A stretch of DNA of 64,000 nucleotides from a virus (Duplodnaviria > Caudoviricetes): IMG/VR virus record IMGVR_UViG_3300014208_000036, positions 24,794-88,793 of that record. One strand, given 5' to 3'. The translations under genes and the position numbers were made by a program. The notes beneath the pieces are model-generated. The model ran no database searches. It had not been told where the DNA came from and saw only the letters and a list, made by a program, of their open reading frames with translations. Positions 23,586 to 30,840 of the stretch are shown one piece after another (position 1 is the stretch's first letter; each line of letters starts with the position of its first letter).

Positions 23586-23674
23586 CGATATTACGTGGCT
23601 GAGTGGATTAAGGCGGCCCGCAAGGGGCGAGGGGCATTGCCCCTCCACGGTGTTCGAATCCCGTCGTAATATCG
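23586..23674 (+). ncRNA. Anticodon-less class II tRNA mimic with 10-bp acceptor stem
   Basis: CGATATTACG/CGTAATATCG, Ser-like D-arm, GCCC-GCAAG-GGGC, V-arm GAGGGGC/GCCCCTC, T-arm TTCGAAT. Confidence 0.8.
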
Positions 23675-23686
23675 ATCTTGAAAAGT

Positions 23687-23878
23687 ATGTGTTACTTTTG
23701 CACAAAAGATGATATATTTAAGGTTGTTGATCATCGATCTCTCGACGTAAGACGAAAGCGAGCGCTTGAGTTGAAGGCACTCCTAGCGAACGTCAAGGAA
23801 GGTGAAACCTGTCAAACTGGTAACACGATCGTTGAAAGAATCAAAGAGGAACAGTACGAACTTTCAAAAAATTTGTGA
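23687..23878 (+). CDS. Hypothetical small protein
   Basis: CxxC N-terminus, coiled-coil-like. Confidence 0.55.
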   Translation: MCYFCTKDDIFKVVDHRSLDVRRKRALELKALLANVKEGETCQTGNTIVERIKEEQYELSKNL

Positions 23879-23921
23879 TGAATAAGATAATTTTCAATAT
23901 CCAAATTTTGGATGTTAAAAT

Positions 23922-23993
23922 GCAATTGTAATTCAGTGGTAGAATGTCGCGTTGCCAACGCGAATGTCGAGGGTTCGAACCCCTCCGATTGCT
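23922..23993 (+). tRNA. tRNA-Gly(GCC)
   Basis: GCAATTG/CGATTGC U73, TCGCG-TTGCCAA-CGCGA. Confidence 0.95.
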
Positions 23994-24005
23994 CAGATAA
24001 AATTC

Positions 24006-24650
24006 ATGTATCATTACGTGTATAAGATCAAAAATCTTGTGAATGGTAAAATTTACGTTGGGAAACATTCAACTAACGATCTTGACGATGGTTACATGGG
24101 TAGTGGAAAACTCATAGCGAAGGCTATCGCTAAGCACGGAATCGAAAATTTTCAAAAAGAAATCATTAAAATGTTTTCCTCCTCTGAGGAGGCTTTTGAA
24201 TTTGAACATAATTTCGTTAATGAAGAGTTCATTATCAGAACTGACACCTATAACTTGATTGTCGGTGGTGATGGATTTTTTGCGATCAATTCAAATGAGA
24301 ATCTTCGTAAAGCGAAAAATAGAAAAGCTGCGTTAGCAATGAACATTATAACTTGGGCTGATCCTGAGTTTAGAAAACGAAAGAGTGCTGCATTAATTGC
24401 ACAAACGAAAAAGTTATTTGCTGAAGGAAAGTTAGTCGCTCCAGACTGGACAGGAAAATTTCATTCTGAAGAATCAAAAGTGAAAATTGGTTTAGCGAAT
24501 TCATTGCATCAACGTGGTGAAAAGAATTCGCAATTTGGAACCATTTGGATTACAAATGATGTTGAAAAATGTTCAAAACGAATCAATAAAAATGAAATAG
24601 ATGATTACGTTAAGTTAGGTTGGCGCCGCGGACGGAAAATGAAGTGGTAG
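24006..24650 (+). mobile_element. Seg-like GIY-YIG homing endonuclease with NUMOD3-like repeats
   Basis: YVYKIKNLVNGKIYVGKHST, YMGSG, YNLIVGG; lies between two tRNA-Gly genes. Confidence 0.9.
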
Positions 24651-24659
24651 TTTAATCAT

Positions 24660-24733
24660 GCGAGATTGGCATATTGGTTGTGCCTCGCCCTTCCAAGGCG
24701 ATCAACGCAGTTCGATTCTGCGATCTCGCTCCA
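24660..24733 (+). tRNA. tRNA-Gly(UCC)
   Basis: GCGAGAT/ATCTCGC TCCA, TCGCC-CTTCCAA-GGCGA. Confidence 0.95.
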
Positions 24734-24738
24734 CGTTT

Positions 24739-24826
24739 GGAAAGATGACCGAGGGGTTTATGGTATCTGTCTCGAAAACAGAAGGGTGTAAAAGCTCCGC
24801 GGGTTCGAATCCCGCTCTTTCCTCCA
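24739..24826 (+). tRNA. tRNA-Ser(CGA), U73
   Basis: GGAAAGA/TCTTTCC, TCTGT-CTCGAAA-ACAGA, V-arm. Confidence 0.92.
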
Positions 24827-24827
24827 T

Positions 24828-24907
24828 GCCATCATGGTGAAATTGGTATACACGCTGCACTCAAAATGCGGTACGAAAGTTTGTGGGTTCGAGTCCCTCT
24901 GATGGCA
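24828..24907 (+). tRNA. tRNA-Leu(CAA)
   Basis: GCCATCA/TGATGGC, CTGCA-CTCAAAA-TGCGG. Confidence 0.92.
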
Positions 24908-24910
24908 CCG

Positions 24911-25210
24911 ATGACGTTTGAAGTAGAGGATCAAAAACGACTTGTGGTTCACTTTAAGAAGGAACCATTCGATGTTTACATCGGTAGGGGTTCCTATTGG
25001 GGAAATCCTTTCTCCGAAAAAAGTGGAACAAAGGCGATCGTAAAGGTTGATTCTAGGGAAGAAGCGATCGCTATGTACCGTGAATGGTTGTTGACGCAAC
25101 CTGACATGCTAGCTCGAGCCCGGCAAGAATTGAAAGGTAAGATCCTTGGGTGTTGGTGCTATCCAAAACCATGTCATGGAGATGTTCTCGTAGAATTGGT
25201 GAATGTGTAA
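24911..25210 (+). CDS. DUF4326 domain protein
   Basis: VYIGRGSYWGNPF, ELKGKILGCWCYPKPCHGDVL. Confidence 0.88.
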   Translation: MTFEVEDQKRLVVHFKKEPFDVYIGRGSYWGNPFSEKSGTKAIVKVDSREEAIAMYREWLLTQPDMLARARQELKGKILGCWCYPKPCHGDVLVELVNV

Positions 25211-25240
25211 AAAGAACGTAGATTTGCTTAATGTAATAAT

Positions 25241-25314
25241 GGGACATTAACTCAATTGGTCAGAGTAGCGGGCTCATAACTCGTTTGTTGAAGGTTCGAG
25301 TCCTTCATGTCCTA
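25241..25314 (+). tRNA. tRNA(CAU), likely Ile2 (or Met)
   Basis: GGGACAT/ATGTCCT, GCGGG-CTCATAA-CTCGT; directly upstream of tilS. Confidence 0.9.
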
Positions 25315-25337
25315 CAAAATTTTGCATTTGTGATAAA

Positions 25338-25970
25338 ATGCTCCATCAATTGATCAACATTCCACGCGACGAACATTTTTATGTTGCTTGTTCTGGAGGC
25401 GTTGATAGCATGGCTATTGCTTCGTTCTACAAATTAGGGAACAAGAAATTTACGTTGGCGTATTTCAATCATGGAACGCAGCAAGCAAATTCCATGGAAA
25501 AACACGTTCTAGAATGGGGCATGAAAAATGATGTTCCCGTTGTTGTGGGTACGATCAATGATGCGAGAACCCTTGGAAAGGGACATTCACCCGAGGAATA
25601 TTTTAGAACCTGCAGGTACGAATGGTTCGATAAATTGCCCGTGAGTAGTATCGTCACCTGTCATCATTTGAACGATGTTGCGGAAACGTGGATTTTTTCC
25701 AACTTGCATGGTGAAGCAAAATTAATTGCCTCCCGGCGTGGACGTTTTTTGCGACCCTTCTTGACGACTCCGAAGGAAAATCTCACCGAGTGGTGTCTAA
25801 GGCACGGTGTTGATTGGGTCGAGGATCGATCAAATGACGACCTGAACATCCCTAGGAACTTGATTCGTCACGTGATCCTGCCTCAGTCGTTGAAAATCAA
25901 TCCAGGCCTGTTGAAGGTTTTGAGGAAAAAATTGTTAGCACGGGAGAAAAACATCAATGGCAACGGATGA
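25338..25970 (+). CDS. tilS: tRNA(Ile)-lysidine synthase (catalytic domain only)
   Basis: PP-loop ACSGGVDS, YFNHG, RYEWF, TCHHLNDVAET, RPFL, RNLIRH. Confidence 0.9.
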   Translation: MLHQLINIPRDEHFYVACSGGVDSMAIASFYKLGNKKFTLAYFNHGTQQANSMEKHVLEWGMKNDVPVVVGTINDARTLGKGHSPEEYFRTCRYEWFDKLPVSSIVTCHHLNDVAETWIFSNLHGEAKLIASRRGRFLRPFLTTPKENLTEWCLRHGVDWVEDRSNDDLNIPRNLIRHVILPQSLKINPGLLKVLRKKLLAREKNINGNG

Positions 25971-26310
25971 TGATATTTTTAAGGAGCTCGTCGCGGTCAT
26001 CGCTGCTCAGGACAAGGTGTTAACGTCGCAACAACGGTACATTGAATTGATCGCCATGCATGTGGCGGTGATTTCAAAGTTGCTTCATCGTGTTGTTAAC
26101 AAGTGTACGTTCCCCGCCTGCGACAATCCGGCAACGGTTTCAATCGAGAGAGTTTCAACAAACGTTTGTGATCATCATGCTGCCGTTTATGTTCACGGCA
26201 ACGTTTGCACCGAGAGCGATGTTATCGATCATCCCGATGCAAAGGAAATTCGGATTCTTGATGATTTTCTCAACACGCTTGATGCGTCAAAAGAACCCAC
26301 CATGCAGTGA
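25957..26310 (+). CDS. Hypothetical protein with Cys/His cluster
   Basis: Coiled coil then CTFPAC...VCDHH. Confidence 0.6.
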   Translation: MATDDDIFKELVAVIAAQDKVLTSQQRYIELIAMHVAVISKLLHRVVNKCTFPACDNPATVSIERVSTNVCDHHAAVYVHGNVCTESDVIDHPDAKEIRILDDFLNTLDASKEPTMQ

Positions 26311-26331
26311 ATATTCATCATTCAAGATGAT

Positions 26332-27573
26332 ATGATCAGCATCATGGAACCGTTAGTTGTTTCCTTCCTCAGGAATCGTAGTTTTGATGATCTCGAGGCC
26401 GATCATGGTGTTTGCGCTCGATTGTCGAAGTGCGGGCGAAAGGTTTCGCTTAACTATGATCAACTTCTCGTGAAGAACGGCGATCCTGTCGCTGAACAGT
26501 GCAGGGGTCTGATCGTTCTTCTCGATGAAGTCATCGATCCGTCCACCTCTTGGAAAGCTAAGTCGCCAGGTAACGTTACGGTCATCGCATGGCCAATGAA
26601 TCGATTTTACAACTTTGGTGATCATTCGGGTGCGAATGTTGATTGGTCCGATAAGAACTTAAGGGTGTACGAAAAACTCGATGGCACGATGATCGTTCTT
26701 TATTGGGATCCGTCTTCTTCGCGGTGGTGCGTCGCCACGAGGGGCGTCCCCGACGCCGATGTTCCGATCTCAAGCAACGATCTTGAACTTCAGACGATGA
26801 CGTTCTCCGAACTGTTCTTCAGGGCCCTACGTGAAACACGTGAAGCGGAACAGGATCGTCCATTGGGATGGGAACCAGACGGTTTCGATGAAATTGTTCA
26901 CCTGAACAAGGATCTTACGTACGTTTTCGAATTAACATCGCAGTACAACAAGGTCGTTGTTCATTACGAAGCTCCTCGGGTTACGTTGCTGGCCGCGCGT
27001 CACACGACCTCGGGCCATGAAATTTCCATCGAAGAACTTCGCATTCAACACGTTCAACGACCTGTATCCTGGCAGCTCAATGAACCGTCAGCCATCTTTG
27101 CGTTCGTTGACTCCGCTGATCCTTCGAAGCTCGAAGGTTGCGTTGTGATCGATTCAAAGTTCAATCGCTTGAAGATCAAGAATAAGGCATGGGTTCTCGC
27201 TTCACGTACGAAGGATCGAATCATGTGCTCAAGGCGAGCGATCATCGAATCGATCATTGCAGGTACGATCGATGACGTAATTCCACTTTTGAGCGACGAA
27301 ATTGCATCGAAGGTTTGCGACCTTCGTGGAAAGGTTGCATCATTGTTCAGGATCGTTGATTCGACGTTCCATGAATTCCATGCACATGCTGGCAATGATC
27401 GTAAAGCATTTGCTCAGCTCGTGAAGTGTTCCGATCTTCGATGGAAGCAACCTTTCTTCCAACTGTACGACGGCCGAGCTGATTCGACGTCCGAGTGGGC
27501 TGAGAAGGCGGTAAAAGGCGGAACGATGACATCCAGTACCCTCGAGAATATTCTACGAGCCGTGGATAATTAA
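26332..27573 (+). CDS. RNA ligase, T4 Rnl1-like
   Basis: CRGLI, WPMNRFYN, motif I YEKLDGT, TYVFEL, EGCVV, LKIK. Confidence 0.85.
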   Translation: MISIMEPLVVSFLRNRSFDDLEADHGVCARLSKCGRKVSLNYDQLLVKNGDPVAEQCRGLIVLLDEVIDPSTSWKAKSPGNVTVIAWPMNRFYNFGDHSGANVDWSDKNLRVYEKLDGTMIVLYWDPSSSRWCVATRGVPDADVPISSNDLELQTMTFSELFFRALRETREAEQDRPLGWEPDGFDEIVHLNKDLTYVFELTSQYNKVVVHYEAPRVTLLAARHTTSGHEISIEELRIQHVQRPVSWQLNEPSAIFAFVDSADPSKLEGCVVIDSKFNRLKIKNKAWVLASRTKDRIMCSRRAIIESIIAGTIDDVIPLLSDEIASKVCDLRGKVASLFRIVDSTFHEFHAHAGNDRKAFAQLVKCSDLRWKQPFFQLYDGRADSTSEWAEKAVKGGTMTSSTLENILRAVDN

Positions 27574-27795
27574 AACCTTACCTCACGGTTCAATTATTCT
27601 CGTTGTCAGGATGGGCTTAATACGTATTACAAGCGAGGTCTAAATTGATTATTGTCGTTGATCTTTGTGGTGATTCGGGTACGCTCGTTGATGTGCACGT
27701 TGATGAACAAGTCGATTAGGATGATTGTCAAAAATTTGACGAAATCAACATTCCAGAACCTGAATTGCAGCTCGTTCTGAACGATTGATTTTTTA

Positions 27796-28065
27796 TCATT
27801 GTGTTGAGTAGTACGTGGAGATGATCGTGATGTCCGTCGGATCACCTCCACCACCTGGATACGCCGTGTTTACGGAATTCCCTGTCCAATAAACGAAGCT
27901 ATTCAGGCTGCTTTTCCAACCTCTGAAAACGTAGGTTGCAACGTTGATGTACGTTGTGACCGTTGTCGTTTCCTGTGGAACTCGATTTACAGCAGGAATT
28001 GCAACGATTGTTGAACTATTTATCGTTACTGATCCTGCCTGATCATTTGAGTTATAATCAGCCAT
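27796..28065 (-). CDS. Small virion-associated protein
   Basis: ATG 28065, 3 nt after upstream stop; T/S/N/V-rich. Confidence 0.6.
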   Translation of the reverse strand: MADYNSNDQAGSVTINSSTIVAIPAVNRVPQETTTVTTYINVATYVFRGWKSSLNSFVYWTGNSVNTAYPGGGGDPTDITIISTYYSTQ

Positions 28066-28067
28066 TG

Positions 28068-29018
28068 TCAGAATGCTGGCGTCGATGAGCCATCCCAAGG
28101 TAGTCGAATATCGTTCACGCTCCACCAATCATTTGCCGTTGAAACGGTGAATCTATCGCCGAGAGCGCGCACCTTACCATTCCAACGAACCATTGTTGAG
28201 ATTCCCTTCCAACCCGTTGGTGCTGTCGCGCTAGATCTTCTACAATAGATAAGTGGAAAACCTTCATCCTTTATCGAGAATGGATTTGTTCCGACGCCGC
28301 CGGTGCCGACGTCAGGAAAATATGTAAAACCAGCGCCGCTGGTCACCATCGCGGCGGCGACAGCAACGTAGGATGAGCTTAGAAAGCCTAATATCCCATT
28401 GGTAGTTCCAGCAGTTGCTGATTCGGTGTAAAGATTTGTGTACACGGCCGTTGTTTGATACAATCTTATGAACGAATATGCGTCAGTATCCAATGAGTCA
28501 TTTCCAATCACCGGATCCATCACAAATACGCCGTTAACTGTTCCGGCAGGTGTGTACGCTACGTGATACGATCCGTATGGGCTAGCGTTGTTGGCGCAAT
28601 ATTGCCCCCGGTACGTATTGTCAGTTGTGAACCATTGGACAAATGATGGGGCGGCATCAGAACCTCCTCCTACAATGAGCGTTTCATCGGTCGCGGACGG
28701 AGTCTGTGTTGCCGACGGAGATCCACCTGTGAATTTTGCCGATTGTGAGTATTTTACCCTCCATTGAAGATTGCTCGCGGTCGATCTCTGAATCGTAAAT
28801 TCTCTCGTTCCAGCAGGATCCTGCAATCTTACCCAGGCTGAGTTGTTAGCTAAACCACCAGCACCCGAAGCACCTGATGTTACCTGAGCAGCGGCCCGTG
28901 TCGTTCCATCTGATGAATCCTGCTGTGTCCATCCAGCTGTTTTCAAAACAGATATGTAATTCCACATGTGAACGGCACCCGTTGCCGGTAGTTGATTTAC
29001 TGTGAATACGTATGCCAT
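28068..29018 (-). CDS. Virion structural protein
   Basis: G/S/T/A-rich beta-type protein at end of structural operon. Confidence 0.7.
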   Translation of the reverse strand: MAYVFTVNQLPATGAVHMWNYISVLKTAGWTQQDSSDGTTRAAAQVTSGASGAGGLANNSAWVRLQDPAGTREFTIQRSTASNLQWRVKYSQSAKFTGGSPSATQTPSATDETLIVGGGSDAAPSFVQWFTTDNTYRGQYCANNASPYGSYHVAYTPAGTVNGVFVMDPVIGNDSLDTDAYSFIRLYQTTAVYTNLYTESATAGTTNGILGFLSSSYVAVAAAMVTSGAGFTYFPDVGTGGVGTNPFSIKDEGFPLIYCRRSSATAPTGWKGISTMVRWNGKVRALGDRFTVSTANDWWSVNDIRLPWDGSSTPAF

Positions 29019-29028
29019 GTTATTTTCC

Positions 29029-30828
29029 TTATGTTATGTATGGTGAATAAACAATATCAAGCCTGGCGTTCCTACACGCTACTGTGCTTGCCGTAGATCC
29101 TGAGACCGTTCGCCACAATCTTGCCTCGATTATTCCAGACCCGGTCACAGCATTAAATACTGATGTCAAGTTTACAGAAACCTGCGTCATCGTTGGGTTA
29201 GAAGATGACATCGTTGAATTTGTGATAATCGCGGGCGGATATGCAAAGATTCCGTTCACATCGTAAAGATCAACGGCGGCGGACATGTTTAATTCCGTTG
29301 TCGTTGTATCGAGAATTGCACGCCAATTATACGATATTGGCACGCCAATTGCAGTTACGGTCTGAGGTGAGAAATAAATTGCACCCAATGATGTTTTGTT
29401 TAAGACGTGTGAGGTATTTGATGTGACCGCACCTGCAAGGAAAGGACTCGTGAAGATCGCTGCCTGACCTGATGTAGATTCTATCACTAACCTCGCGCTT
29501 CTGCACGTTACGCTGCTTGTCAACGATCCTGAAACAGTTCGCCAAAGACGAGCTTCGAAAATTCCAGATCCGGTGATGTTCGAAAACGTTGTCGTTAGAT
29601 CAACTTCGACCTGAGCCATCGTTTGATTCGATGAAGAAATTGCAGAATTTGCTACGATCGCCGGTGGGTAAGCGACGGCACCATTAACATCGTACAAATC
29701 AACTGAAGCCGACATGTTCGGTTCAGTACTCATAACGTCAAGGATAGCTCTCCAATAAATTCGTTTAATGCTGCCCGTAATTGCGCTGTACACGCTTGGG
29801 TTGTAATAAAATGCGCCGATCGAAAGTTTATCAGAAGCGTGTGCAGTGTTTGTTGTTTGCTTTCCAGCTAAGGCATAAAATTCATATACGGGTGACACAG
29901 ATGCTGTCACCGCCGATATAACGACTTGACCGTTTGATTGAGAGGCAATCGTGATATTACCGCCTGCAACTAGATACGATCCTCCAGAACTTAATTGTTG
30001 TAATGAACCTGATAAACCGCCCGTTGCAACGACAGGACCTGTGAATCTCGTTCCCGAAACGGTTGCAACGATATTATCGTTGATGCTCAACGTTGCGGCG
30101 GCTCCTGCACCCGCGTCGCTTAGCAGTATACCTGTGCCGGCGGTGAGTACCCTTTCATTTGGTAACGATCCGGTTGCACCCATCGTTACGTACGACGCAG
30201 AGACGTCAGTACCTGATTGTGATGATATTACAACTGTAGATCCCGCACCATTATCGGTTATCGAAATTCCCGAACCGGCCGTTAATACCCTTTCGTTCGT
30301 TAACGTTGCATCGGTGCTTAACGTTACGTATGTTGCAGTCGTCGGAGCTCCTCCACCCCCACCTCCGGATGAAATTTTTTGCCAGCTCGACCCTCCCCAA
30401 TACAGAATGATAGATTCATATGCTGTTGAAAATGTCGTTGACGTTAAGCCATCGATCAGAATTCCAGAAATCGATGATTGAATTGTCATCGTGGTGACGG
30501 CCGCATTTCCATCAACATCTTTTATGATGTGCAATTCACCAATTTTTGACGCCCTGGGCAATCTAATCGTTGCGGTTGAAGGGGATGTTGAGTCAACGGT
30601 TACGTTCGTGATCGTTACGTTCGATGAGACATCGACGATGGCAGTGTTATCACGATTGAGTTCAAGCGTCTCGAGTGCGACGGCTAATCGTCCTTTAAGG
30701 AGGAGTTCCGCTGGAATCCCTGTCGTACCTATTTGCGTATCAACGGGGATTGCAATTCGTTTCGTTTTGTTAGTGTTGTTATCCTTGACAACAATGAACA
30801 ACGATTTTTCAGCACTTCCCTTGATCAT
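29029..30828 (-). CDS. Tail fibre-like protein with internal repeats
   Basis: Two NERVLTAG repeats; tandem C-terminal domain with 143-aa period. Confidence 0.75.
   Translation of the reverse strand: MIKGSAEKSLFIVVKDNNTNKTKRIAIPVDTQIGTTGIPAELLLKGRLAVALETLELNRDNTAIVDVSSNVTITNVTVDSTSPSTATIRLPRASKIGELHIIKDVDGNAAVTTMTIQSSISGILIDGLTSTTFSTAYESIILYWGGSSWQKISSGGGGGGAPTTATYVTLSTDATLTNERVLTAGSGISITDNGAGSTVVISSQSGTDVSASYVTMGATGSLPNERVLTAGTGILLSDAGAGAAATLSINDNIVATVSGTRFTGPVVATGGLSGSLQQLSSGGSYLVAGGNITIASQSNGQVVISAVTASVSPVYEFYALAGKQTTNTAHASDKLSIGAFYYNPSVYSAITGSIKRIYWRAILDVMSTEPNMSASVDLYDVNGAVAYPPAIVANSAISSSNQTMAQVEVDLTTTFSNITGSGIFEARLWRTVSGSLTSSVTCRSARLVIESTSGQAAIFTSPFLAGAVTSNTSHVLNKTSLGAIYFSPQTVTAIGVPISYNWRAILDTTTTELNMSAAVDLYDVNGIFAYPPAIITNSTMSSSNPTMTQVSVNLTSVFNAVTGSGIIEARLWRTVSGSTASTVACRNARLDIVYSPYIT
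29050..29880 (-). repeat. Tandem duplicated protein domain (period 429 nt)
   Basis: WRAILD...NMSA.VDLYDVNG..AYPPAI...EARLWRTVSGS occurs twice (EARLWR at 29540 and 29111). Confidence 0.85.
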
Positions 30829-30840
30829 TAATTCACCCGA

